A DNA stretch of 39,080 nucleotides from Emiliania huxleyi CCMP1516. Lineage: Eukaryota. The stretch's first letter is position 1; the number at the start of each line of letters is the position of its first letter. The notes under the pieces are model-generated. The model was not told the DNA's origin. It worked only from the letters and a program-made list of their open reading frames with translations, and ran no database searches. The stretch covers positions 2,141,119-2,180,198 of the forward strand of contig NW_005202428.1 in the NCBI RefSeq assembly GCF_000372725.1. The letters run 5' to 3'. The position numbers and the translations under genes are program-made. This document shows positions 1 to 9,413 of the stretch, in pieces.

Positions 1-1495
1 CACGAGCTGCTCAAGCAGGTGGCCAGCGGTAGCAGTAGTAGTAGCAGTAGGGCCACGAGCTCAACACCGCTTGCCTCTCCCGCGAGCGCGCTTCTCCCTC
101 AACCTCTCTCCCCATGCCCCCCAGCCCGACGCGGTCGTGATCGACGTGCGGAACGCGTACGAGTCGGCGATAGGCCACTTTGCGCCTCCAGAGGGCGGGG
201 CGACGCTGCTTGACCCAAAGATGCGCAACAGCCGCGAGTTTCCAAAGTGGCTCGCGGACGAGAAGACCAAGGAGGCGCTCTCGGGCAAGAAGGTGCTCAT
301 GTACTGCACCGGCGGCATCCGGTGCGAGCGCGCCACCGCCCTGCTCGACGAGATGGTCAAGGCGGACCCGACCTTCCGGATCAGCGACATCACGATGGTG
401 CGCGGCGGCGTAGAGCGGTACATGCGCACCTTCCCCGAGGGCGGCTTCTGGAAGGGCAAGAACTACCTCTTCGACCGGCGGCTCGAACAGGTGCCGGAGG
501 CAAAGTCGTCCGCGGCGCTGGAGGGCGACGTCGAGTCTTGGTGCGCCGTGTGCGCGGCGCCATGGGCGGCGTACCGCGGGCAGTTCAAGTGCGCGGGGAG
601 GCTGCCTCCGCCCGCCGGTGTGTGCGCAGTGCCGGTCATCGTGAGCAGCCCTAGATACGGAGCACGGTTCTTTGTATTCCCCCGCACTCGAGAGGACACG
701 GCCTCGACTGCACTCAGCTGTACTCGGATGGAGTCAGCTGTGATCGACTTGTTCACTGTATTCGAGTGCCCTCTCTCTGTATGTTCGCCCCGACTCTGGT
801 GGATTCATGTCGCAGGTGTGCAACCGCTGCAGCGACGCCGCCACCGCCGACCCGGCCAGCCTGCGCTGCCCGCTCTGCCAGGAAGGCTACGTCGCCCCCC
901 AGGCGATGCCAGAGGTTGTGATGGCCGACAAGCGCGCGCCCGACCAGCGCCTCGGCGGCGGGTCGGACGCCACGGGCGCCGCCGGCGGAGGGCGCGCGCA
1001 GACGAAGCTAGCAGCCTTGCCAAAAGGGATGCCACGACATGTCGATGTCCCCGACGACACCCAATAGGCGCGCCAAGAAGCAGAGACCGCTCGCCGAGCC
1101 GTCCTCGCGCGTCTTCGTCGGATCGCTGCCGTTCGTCGTCGACGCGACCGCCGTCCGCGACGCGCTCGCCGCGGCGGCCGGCGCCGCGGCGGGCAGCTGT
1201 GCCGAGGTGGAGTGGTTGCGCGACCGGGAGAGCGGACTCTTCTACGGCTCCGCCTTTGTGCAGATGGGTTCGGTCGAGGCGGCGACGACAGCCGTTGGTC
1301 GATCCCGAGACTGCCGAGGCGAGCCGCGAGATCACCCGAGAGGTCACCCTCGATCGGCCGAGATTAGGCGCCGCGCGCGAGGGGCGCCTCCGGATCGGCA
1401 AGCGGAAGCTGCGCCTCAATTTTGCGCCGCTCAAGCCGGGGGAGGAGTGGCCCGCCGTCGGGTTCGTGCAGCGCGAGCGGCCGCTCTCCGGCTAG
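1..1495 (+). CDS. Rhodanese-domain protein (TrhO/YceA/TSTD2-like, UPF0176) with Cys-rich C-terminal domain and appended RRM; 5'-partial
   Basis: Motifs IDVRNAYE..IGHF, MYCTGGIRCERA and FWKGKNYLFDRR, followed by CxxC clusters and RNP2/RNP1-like RVFVGSLP...FYGSAFVQM. Inferred introns 19-124 (GT), 641-815 (GT), 992-1067 (GC) and 1298-1367 (GT) restore one frame ending at TAG 1495. Confidence 0.85.
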   Translation, partial: TSCSSRWPAVAVVVAVGPRAQHRLPLPRARFSLNLSPHAPQPDAVVIDVRNAYESAIGHFAPPEGGATLLDPKMRNSREFPKWLADEKTKEALSGKKVLMYCTGGIRCERATALLDEMVKADPTFRISDITMVRGGVERYMRTFPEGGFWKGKNYLFDRRLEQVPEAKSSAALEGDVESWCAVCAAPWAAYRGQFKCAGRLPPPAGVCAVPVIVSSPRYGARFFVFPRTREDTASTALSCTRMESAVIDLFTVFECPLSVCSPRLWWIHVAGVQPLQRRRHRRPGQPALPALPGRLRRPPGDARGCDGRQARARPAPRRRVGRHGRRRRRARADEASSLAKRDATTCRCPRRHPIGAPRSRDRSPSRPRASSSDRCRSSSTRPPSATRSPRRPAPRRAAVPRWSGCATGRADSSTAPPLCRWVRSRRRRQPLVDPETAEASREITREVTLDRPRLGAAREGRLRIGKRKLRLNFAPLKPGEEWPAVGFVQRERPLSG

Positions 1496-1924
1496 CTCTA
1501 TCGGCTGAGGCGCTACCCCCGCCCCAGACACCCCCCCTTCCCTCTCCCGCGCCCCTGGCCCGCACCCGGTTCGAACCCCGTTGAGATGACGACACCCGGC
1601 CCCGCGGGTTTGCCCCCGCTGCCGATGGCACCGGCGCGCGTCGACGGAGTCAAATGCGGCGCGTGCCGGCGGATTGCATTGCCTGCGAGGAAAGGGCCCC
1701 TTGACTGATCCATGTGTTCGACCACGCGCGCGAGGGAGATATTGCGAGAGAGCCGGTGTCGCCGCTCATACCAACCCCGTTCGCCCCGTCAGGCGCATGG
1801 CCGCTGCATCTCGGCGGGACCTTCCTAGAAGTCCCCTCCTCGCCATCGATACGCGACTGGAGACTTCTCGAGCCCCTTTAGTGAACATTAGGGAGCGTAC
1901 TCGCTACGGCTCTAAGTTTGTGGG

Positions 1925-2070
1925 TGCCGATCTCGGTAAAATAAAATATCTTTACTTCCAACACCCGGACGTTCCCAGGGTGATATGGAACTTGGAAGGT
2001 CGTTCGACGCACCCCCGGACTGGACAGCCCAGCGTCTTTACCCTGGGATCTCTCTGCCGATCTCGGTAAA
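1925..2070. repeat. 16-bp direct repeat TGCCGATCTCGGTAAA (1925-1940, 2055-2070) in a low-GC intergenic stretch
   Basis: Identical 16-mer seen twice, 130 bp apart. Confidence 0.7.
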
Positions 2071-2379
2071 TTAAGTGCATGATTAAGTGCCAAGTGCGCG
2101 CTGGCCGCTGGTAGGAGTGTGACGCCTCCCGTCTCCAGCGCGGCTCTCCCACGCCGCCACGCAGAGCCCACACGCCACAGACGACGCACAGAGCCCTCCT
2201 CGCCGTCGGCGCACAGAGGCGCGTGCATAGTGGTTTCTGGTTAGGTGGTTAGTGCCCACCTAGGTTATCACGCGTCACGCGGGGTGGACCTCAGGTGTGA
2301 GATACACGAGATCGATCGCGATCGTCCCGAACACTCTGCTTCCCTCTCGCGCCTCTCTGGTAGTGGTGATCTGTGATCT

Positions 2380-2483
2380 GTGAGGGTCCGCCCGCAGGCG
2401 CATTTTGTATACCGAGGCGGTGCCCGGTGCCGAACCTGTCGGACCTTAAGACAGCGTTGTAGATCCCTGGGCGAGGGTGGTGG
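2380..2483 (-). repeat. Interspersed repeat, copy 1 (inverted homologue at 22985-23110)
   Basis: Reverse complement CCACCACCCTCGCCCAGGGATCTACAACGCTGTCTTAAGGTCCGAC...GGCACCGGGCACCG...AAATGCGCCTGCGGGCGGACCCTCAC aligns with gaps to 22985-23110. Confidence 0.85.
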
Positions 2484-2581
2484 AGGTACTTTATTGGGAC
2501 CCGGCGCATGTACATGCCCAGTGCGGTCGTGTGGTCCACTGAGCACTGTGCAGTGACCAGAGGGCGAGACGATCGAGGGGT

Positions 2582-2627
2582 CCCGTACCATGCGGAATCG
2601 ACCCTATCCAGTGCTCAAGTGCTCAAG
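2582..2627 (+). repeat. Short interspersed repeat, copy 1 (copy 2 at 29346-29391)
   Basis: CCCGTACCATGCGGAATCGACCCTATCCAGTGCTCAAGT(G/C)CTCAAG, 45/46 identical between copies. Confidence 0.9.
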
Positions 2628-2885
2628 TGACCAGAGTGATGAGTGTGCACTGCAGAGTCCAGACACGAGACAGAGAGACTAGATCGAGATCGAGACCACA
2701 GCATGGCCATGGGCCCCCAACAGCAGTACAGGCTACACCTACATACAGCCAGCGCGGGTGAAAGTCTGTCACTCAAGAATCTGGTGCACCGGCGGCGGCC
2801 CGCCCCGGTGCACATGGGCGACGGGGAGAGCCCCCTTGTCGCCCTCGCTCGCTCGATTGCCGCTCGGGCAACTATTTTTCTTTTG

Positions 2886-3036
2886 GGCATCGAGGACGTG
2901 TTCGAGAATTGCCGAGAAGCGCGCAAGTTGAGCGGACCGGACGCACGACCGCGGCGCGACACCCAGCGTTTTCTTTTGCGCACTTTTAGTCCATCCACGA
3001 TATCGAGATGTCGCGCGCCGCTGCTCCCGAGGGCCT
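2886..3036. repeat. Internally deleted copy of the divergent-promoter interval 9105-9413
   Basis: Shared blocks GGCATCGAGGACGTGT, CCGAGAAGCGCGCAAGTTGAGCG, GACGCACGACCGCGGCGCG, GCGCACTTTTAGT and CCACGATATCGAGATGTCGCGCGCCGCTGCTCCCG occur in the same order. Confidence 0.9.
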
Positions 3037-3565
3037 ATCGGCATATTCAACAAAAATTAACGGTGTAGGTTGTGTAAGTAGGGCCTGTGAATGGCAAGCC
3101 GGGGCTCCCAAATGGACTCAACAAAGCCCCTTCGGTTCCGCTAGGTTCCGCTCGCCCGGTCCTTGAAGATATTGGAGCTGGGGACCACATGGGAATCTGG
3201 GAGCATCTTGGGAGCAGACGCAACGAGATGACCATGAAGTTGTGCGCTTCAAAATCAGATGCCAGGTGTAACTTGTCCATCCCAGATGCAGCGGTGCCCA
3301 CGAGACGTCGCCAACCCGTCAGCCGGGCCGGCAAATGGGAACCTCTCACCAGGGGCGAGAGACGCTCACCATCACCGTGCTTGCCACCGGACAGAATCTA
3401 CGCTCATTACCGATAGCCTTCCCGTTCAGATTCTAGGAAGGCTTCCCGTGTAGCATTTGTGATAGTAGTGTAAGCTTGCGAACGAAGGCCCGCCCGCATG
3501 CATTTCTGCGTTTACCGTACCCGGTACTCTCCTAAGCTGTGAATCAGACGCACCCTAACGCACTG

Positions 3566-3798
3566 GGTTCCGGCTCCTACCCAGATAGGGGGTCTGTTCC
3601 CTATGACTCGCACAAACGCCCTACCTACCTACCTACCCCCAGCCAGGCCGCGCAGCGTCCAGCGAAGCGAAAAAAGACGAAAATAGGGGGTACCTACCTA
3701 TTGCGGGGCCCTCTGGGGCGGTCAAAACCGGACCTACCTACCTTTTGCATGGGGTCTAACCGTAGGCCAGACCCCCTATCTGGGTAGGAGCCGGAACC
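3566..3798. mobile_element. 233-bp MITE with 31-bp perfect TIRs and CTG target-site duplication (PIF/Harbinger, Tourist-like)
   Basis: GGTTCCGGCTCCTACCCAGATAGGGGGTCTG at 3566-3596 and its exact reverse complement at 3768-3798. CTG flanks both sides (3563-3565, 3799-3801). Internal CTAC repeats; no transposase ORF recognised. Confidence 0.9.
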
Positions 3799-3844
3799 CT
3801 GGGTGGACATCGCGAGAAAAAGAATTTTACAACAAAACTCCCTC

Positions 3845-3896
3845 GCACAACACTGGGCACGGGACTGGCGCGCACTGGCACTAACACAGGTACACC
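3845..3896 (-). repeat. Recurrent gene-upstream motif GGTGTACCTGTGTTAGTGCCAGTGCGCGCCAGTCCCGTGCCCAGTGTTGTGC, copy 1
   Basis: 3845-3884 is a 40/40 inverted match to 10499-10538. 3856-3896 matches 38107-38147 at 38/41. Confidence 0.9.
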
Positions 3897-4205
3897 ACGG
3901 GAGCCGCCTAAGCAACTCCTGCGAGGGTGGCGAGGCACTTAGCTCCGTGCACCCGCCCACCCCCGCCAGAGGCAAGCTCATTCACAACCTGCTCTGCGAT
4001 TGCCGTGTGAAGAACGACTGAGATACGCTGCTTTTGCAGCCCCAGCCAATTCTTAGTGGTCCAAGTCACCTCATCGAGGTACTGGGCCCGCGTCAGCTTG
4101 TTCTGTAGCACGTCCGCCGCCTTCCGGAGGATCTCACGGACCCCCTTTCCGAACCCGCCGAACGATTCGAACAGCAGCAGCTGCACTTCAACGCCCTTGT
4201 CTCGC
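3845..4205 (-). mobile_element. 3'-terminal fragment of a CRE/SLACS-like non-LTR retrotransposon (C-terminal part of the restriction-like endonuclease region plus 3' flank)
   Basis: Translation VQLLLFESFGGFGKGVREILRKAA...QKQRISVVLHTAIA resembles the CRE-clade RLE C-terminal pattern (P-l-v-f-E-t-x-G-g...Q-R-i-S-v-a-l-q). Stop at 3908; no RT domain upstream, so 5'-truncated. Confidence 0.65.
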
Positions 4206-4219
4206 AACGGGGCGACGGC

Positions 4220-5627
4220 ATGCACCGAGCTGTTCATCCAGGCGATCGCATCTTGCCGCACGGCGGCCAATGCGAGCTCGTGAAGCAGGCAAGTGCCGCG
4301 CCGTGTGAGCTCGGTCGCAGCTTTGGGTGCGACCCTGCGCGCGCGGCAGCATGTGGGTCACAAACTGCCGGGGCGTGTTTCGCTGCAGGCGCAGCACGGT
4401 GCCCTGTGGGTACCCACCCGGCCGTCCCTCATACACTGCTCCTGCGGTGTCTTGGGTTTAGCTGACCACATCAAGCAACCCCCGTCACTGCAACCCCCGT
4501 CACGAGCAATTCAACCGGCCACGTGCGTCCGGCCTCCGCTTTCCGCCGACCACGCACCCAGGGCCTGCTCCCCGACAAGCTGCGCAGCGCGCTTCTACCG
4601 ATGCCGCAGAGTGGCACTCAAGGCACAGCCGACGGCTGCCGGGCTCATCCACATTCCAAAGAGCGGCGGTACGGCGCTTAAAACGCATTCGTGCTCGCGC
4701 CTGTGGATCGGGCCAAAGCACGGGGAGACGGAGAGCTCGTGGATTCGCGAGTACTGCGTGAACGTGACGCTGGTTGTCATGCGTGAACCCACCGAACGCT
4801 TCATCTCTGCCTTTGAGTACGCTCTGCGCGGGACGGCCCTGTTCCCAGCGAAAAAGCAGTCGATGAACGAGATCGCGCGCATGTTTCGTCACGCGGGTGA
4901 GCTCGTCGACGCGCTGCGCGCAAGGCCTCGCCTCGTCCTCTTCGGCAACATCCCCGTCGACGCAGCATCAAGTGAGCTGTTTGGCGTCGGATTGCAGGGC
5001 TCTCGGTACGTGCTTGGTGACAGCAAGCCTACCGTCGGCGCGCGGCCGCCCGCAGGAACGGTGAAGACTACGGCGGCTCCCTCACCGCCCGAGGCGCTTT
5101 CGGTCGCCGCGTGGGACCTGCTCATTCACCGCGAGGCGGGCATACAGTTCCGCGCCGCCAACTGGTGGCTCGATCCCGACCTCGCCGGGAGCCGAGCCAT
5201 CGTGTGCTACAACTCGACACCCGCGGTCCTCTCGCGCCGGGTCGAGGAGGCACTCAAGCGGAAGGGCATCAACTGCTCCTTCGCAAACATTCCACAGAGA
5301 AACTCGGCGCCATCTACGAAGCCCGGCGGGTCTGACGCGAAAACTCTGACACCGGACCAAGCCAAGTGGGTGCGCGAGCAACTCTATGGGCAAGACTGGG
5401 CACTCTGGCGATCGCAATGCGGCGTCGGCGCGCCCGAGCCATTGCCTTACTGCCCTCGTGGGGCAGCAACTGGGAGCGGTGCTAGAGGCGTTCGCGGTGG
5501 GGGGAAGAAAGGGCAGAACCAGGTCGTGGGCCGCGGGACAAGAACCACGTCCTCGCCACCCCTTGCGGCGCGCCGGCGCCGGCGATATACCGACGGCGAG
5601 GGGCAGCTTCCCAACCGTGAACGGTAG
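4220..5627 (+). pseudogene. Sulfotransferase (Sulfotransfer_2-like) with N-terminal DUF3011-like Cys domain, frameshifted near the 5' end
   Basis: PAPS-binding motifs IHIPKSGGT and MREPTERFISAFEY. Upstream segments CELVKQASAAPCELGRSFGC, SMWVTNCRGVFRC..CGYPPG and CSCG lie in three different frames (shifts near 4340 and 4435). Confidence 0.65.
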
Positions 5628-6299
5628 TACCACGGTCAGGATGTACACTAGTGGGCACGGTTAGCTTTTGTACATGAATGTAAATACACACACACAGATA
5701 TCACATAGGTTCAGAGTATGTCGCTGCCCTTGCTGGGGTTGCTTGCCGCCGCTGCCGCCGCCGCCGCCGCGCCTCCGCCTGGCCGAGTAGTTGTGGAAGG
5801 ATAACTTCTCGCAGCTGCGAGACGAGTTTTCTCGGAGCGACAGCCTCAAAGAAAAAGGGTGGATGGGTGGGGGGACGATTGCTGGCGAGCGCCAGCGCGC
5901 CCCAAGAACGGTGGGGTGCCCTCGACCGCGCGTCCAAGTCACTTGGGCGGACGAGCGAGCGGCACATGGCCTGACATCAAAGAGAAATCGGAGACTGGCG
6001 ACGAGATCGAAATCTGGTTGGCGACAAATAAGCTCCTCTGAAAGGTGGGCACTTCAGAGGCAGAGCTGACGTCAGCCTGTGCGCGTCGCCAGTACCTTCT
6101 CTCTCTCCTCGTCGAACTAGGGAAGCGAGAAGGGAGGATTGAGGCGCACTCAGAGTCGTCCTCCGCGCCTCCTCGGAGGCCACGATGTCCGACTCTTTCG
6201 ACGCCGAGGTGGACCCGACAGGATCTACCATGCTTCTGCTCATGCCCGAGAGCTCCCCGCTGCTGGAAGCCACTGAGTTCTTGGGGTGGGTTGCGGCTT

Positions 6300-7590
6300 T
6301 CGATGGGGCGTCGCGCCGTTTCCCGGCCCGTTGCCGCCGCCGGGCGAGGTGTGGCGGCCCGAGCTGGTTGGCAAGGTGAAGCGCGCGCTGCAGCGGCTGG
6401 AGCTGACGCAGAAGCAGCTCTGCGCGCAGCTGCAGCTCTCGATGGTGAACTTCTAGGAACCTTCTAGGAACCTTCGAGGAACCTTCTAGGCGCGCAGCTG
6501 CAGCTCTCGATGGTGAACTTCTAGGAACCTTCTAGGAACCTTCGAGGAACCTTCTAGGCGCGCAGCTGCAGCTCTCGATGGTGAACTTCTAGGAACCTTC
6601 GAGGAACCTTCGAGGAACCTTCTAGGCGCGCAGCTGCAGCTCTCGATGGTGAACTTCTAGGAACCTTCGAGGAACCTTCGAGGAACCTTCTAGGCGCGCA
6701 GCTGCAGCTCTCGATGGTCAACTTCTCCAACTGGCTGGGGCAGAAGCCGTTCGTCGCGAGCCGCGAGCCGCTGTACACGTCGGCGCTCCAGCTCTGGCTC
6801 AGGGACCCCTCCTTCACCATCACCGTTTCACCGACCCCTCCGTCACAAACACGCCCGCGCACCTAGTGCCGTCCGGCGAGCCGGCGGCGCTCGGCCGGCC
6901 GCCGAGGGCCGGGGTTGGGCGGGGGAGGGGGTCGCACCTCAAGGGGCCGAGAGTGACGGAGGCCGAGGGACGACACGGCGCTCCTCCACGCGCTGCGCGA
7001 GGCGGCGGCGCGGCTCACGCCGCCGTGCGACGACGACGAAGCCGGCGGCGCGGCAGAAGGCCTCGCCGCCGCGGCCGCGCGTGTCTCGACGCCGGATGCG
7101 GTTCCTCGCCTGCTGGGGCTGCGCGCGCTCGACGAGGCGATGGCGGACGGCGACGGCGCGGACGCGCTCCCGCCCCTCCCCGCCTGGCCCGACGCGCCCC
7201 GCTGGTGGGACACCCTCTGCGACCGCCGCCTCCTGCTCGGCCTGGCGCGGCACGGCTTTGGGCGGTGGGGCGACCTCCGCGCAGACGCGTCGCTCGAGTG
7301 GCCAGCCGCCGCCTCGCCGGCCGCCGCCTCGCCGGCCGCCGCCTCGCCGGCCGCCGCCTCGCTGGCCGCGCACGCGGCGGAGGCGCACGCGGCGGAGGCC
7401 GGCGAGGAGCCGCTGGCCGCCGACGGCGCGGCTTCCCTCTCGTGGCCTTCCGACGAGGGGCTGCGGGTCCGCGCTCAGCTTGTTGCTCGAAGGCGTGCGC
7501 GAGCAGCGGCGGCAGAGCCGCGCCGGGGCGGGCGCGGACGCGTCGGGCCCGGCCGAGGAGGAGGAGGAGGAGGAGGAGGAGGAGGACGAG
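6300..7590 (+). pseudogene. Fragmentary gene: Cro/XRE-like HTH followed by a CHD-type SLIDE-like domain and acidic tail
   Basis: Removing 6422-6693 gives KRALQRLELTQKQLCAQLQLSMVNFSNWLGQ (HTH-like). Downstream are PRWWDTLCDRRLLLGLARHGFGRWGDLRADASL and WPSDEGLRVRAQ/LLLE (SLIDE-like, apparent frameshift near 7478). No clear start. Confidence 0.55.
6422..6726 (+). repeat. 68-bp tandem repeat x4 plus partial, each unit containing nested 11-bp AGGAACCTTC(T/G) repeats; probably a GC-AG intron at 6422-6693
   Basis: Unit starts at 6422, 6490, 6558, 6626 and 6694. The unit head GCGCGCAGCTGCAGCTCTCGATGGT equals the start of the following exon. Confidence 0.9.
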
Positions 7591-8108
7591 GTGGGAGGTG
7601 ATGGAGGTGGACGGCTCCGCGCCCGAGTCGTAGGGGAACTGGGGAAGGCGGGGGCATGTTGAGAGGGCGGTTTGCACGCACAATCACAGCGCCACCTGTG
7701 TGTGACCGAGGAGCGTTTGCTCTCGGTGGTGGTGGAGAGGGTATGTTCGAGATCACAGATCAGAAGGAACCAATAAAATGTCCGTCCGGTCGCCCCCCCA
7801 CGCACATTTCAATGTTCAGCGCTCACTCAAGGATTGGCCCAGTGCCGACGAGCGTATTTCGTCAGCGGCACCGGACCAAGGCATATGCAGGGATGGTCGG
7901 GTGATCGATCTGCAAATACATCTGCGCGCCTTGCTTGGTTGTGCTCGCGTTGCACTAGCATTCGTCCTGGCTACGTCCACGTTAACGGCTCATGGTTCCA
8001 TTGCACTTTCCGATTAGTTGCGGTAGCGCTACGGTCCGCGTGGGTGGGAAGAAGGGTGTGGCCACTGACGGCATTTTTCGGCACCCTGATTGATGACCCT
8101 GCAGTGGA

Positions 8109-9109
8109 TCATTCGCCCTTGCTGTAGTAGTACGGCGAGCATGGTTTGTCTTTGTTGTTAGGCGCACGGCCGGGGGAGCACGGCATGCTCAGCTCCATGA
8201 TCTCCTGGTTCGAGTATCCGTACGTGCCTCCGTGGTCGGTGGGGAACAGGTTGCGGAACGGGAGCCCGCCAAGGGCGATGTCAGTGAGGAGAGTCCCTGG
8301 GACCCACGGGAGATTTGGATTGGCCCGATTGCCGCGGTCGAAGAAGTCTTGCGGGGCGTACTTCGAAAGGTACATGAAAGGGCCCGACGTGGAGTACGTC
8401 CTGGCGCCTTGCGTCAGCCCGTGGGCCAGGAATCCGGGCTGCGGGGACGGGAAGGTTGGCTGGACGCAGTTCGACGAGAAAAGGGGGTTGACGCGGGCTT
8501 TCTCGTCTTTCGCATTCGTAAACAGCTCGGCATCGTTTCTTTCACCCCACACATTGGTGAGGCTGGAGCAGGCGGGCCCAAGAAGGTCTTCAGTAACAAT
8601 TTCGGCATTGCACACCTTGAGGTCGTTGGGGTCGGCGCCGGCGAGGACCTTGTAGATCGCTTTCGCGTCTGTGTCCTTCATTGTCGCCGCGTCGCGCCAC
8701 TTGTCCGCCAAGGGCGGAGACTCGTTTTTGAATTTTGGGGGCACCCACTGAATCTCATTCTTTCGGCCCTTCAAGTCCTGCCACAGCATCAGATCAAAGT
8801 TCTCCCACTTGACCGGTACGACCCACGATCGCATTTCCATCCTCTTAACCGACGCGTTGACCATTCCCTCGATGAACGGAACTTTTGACAACTCATGCAT
8901 GTGTTGGCGTTAAGATTGTCCACGATCACGTTTCGGGGGTAGCCAAAGTAGTTCTTGTTCGTTGGGTCCGAAGGCCGGGCCGGGACGTCCAGCTCCTCGC
9001 TCCGGTCGTGTGCGCCAAGGTCCTTCGTGCCGGGGTCCGTCATCCGCTTAGTGTCCATCATGCTCTGTTGCCACACCATGAAGTTCTTGTCGATGTAGGC
9101 GTGCGGCAT
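8109..9109 (-). pseudogene. Intronless, lower-GC hypothetical gene of about 330 codons with one frameshift near 8897
   Basis: MPHAYIDKNF...NLNANTC (from ATG 9109) and ELSKVPFIEG...YYYSKGE* are protein-like and abut in different frames at ACATGCATGAG. No family recognised. Confidence 0.55.
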
Positions 9110-9413
9110 CGAGGACGTGTCACCTTCCTCCGAGTGCGCTCCCCGTCCCAATTGCCGCGCTCGCCGCCGGCGCCGCCCGCAGGGAGCGCCGCGAGGGGGA
9201 GGCCGATGCGAACCGCGTCGGCAGCGCCGTCTGTCTGGGCGGTGCCTGTGTCGCCGGAGGAGAGCGACGCGGAGGAAGGAGGAGCCCGAGAAGCGCGCAA
9301 GTTGAGCGACGCACGACCGCGGCGCGGCCGCGCGTTTTCTTTCGCGCACTTTTAGTAAAGCCACGATATCGAGATGTCGCGCGCCGCTGCTCCCGCCGAG
9401 CTCTCGAGGGCCT
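9105..9413. promoter_or_regulatory. Putative bidirectional promoter interval between divergent ATGs at 9109 (-) and 9374 (+)
   Basis: About 264 bp between head-to-head starts. A related copy exists at 2886-3036. Confidence 0.55.

Noticed and set aside
5718..6300. Signal-peptide-like start MSLPLLGLLAAAA and short ORFs
   Set aside because: Stops after about 28 codons, and no consistent splice path to the HTH exon was found.
6422..6726. CRISPR-like repeat-spacer array
   Set aside because: The 'spacers' are near-identical 11-mer repeats, there are no cas genes, and the context is a eukaryotic intron.
7841..7871. Imperfect hairpin GTGCCGACGA...TCGTCAGCGGCAC as an ncRNA
   Set aside because: Short, expected by chance at this GC content, and no tRNA or snRNA features.
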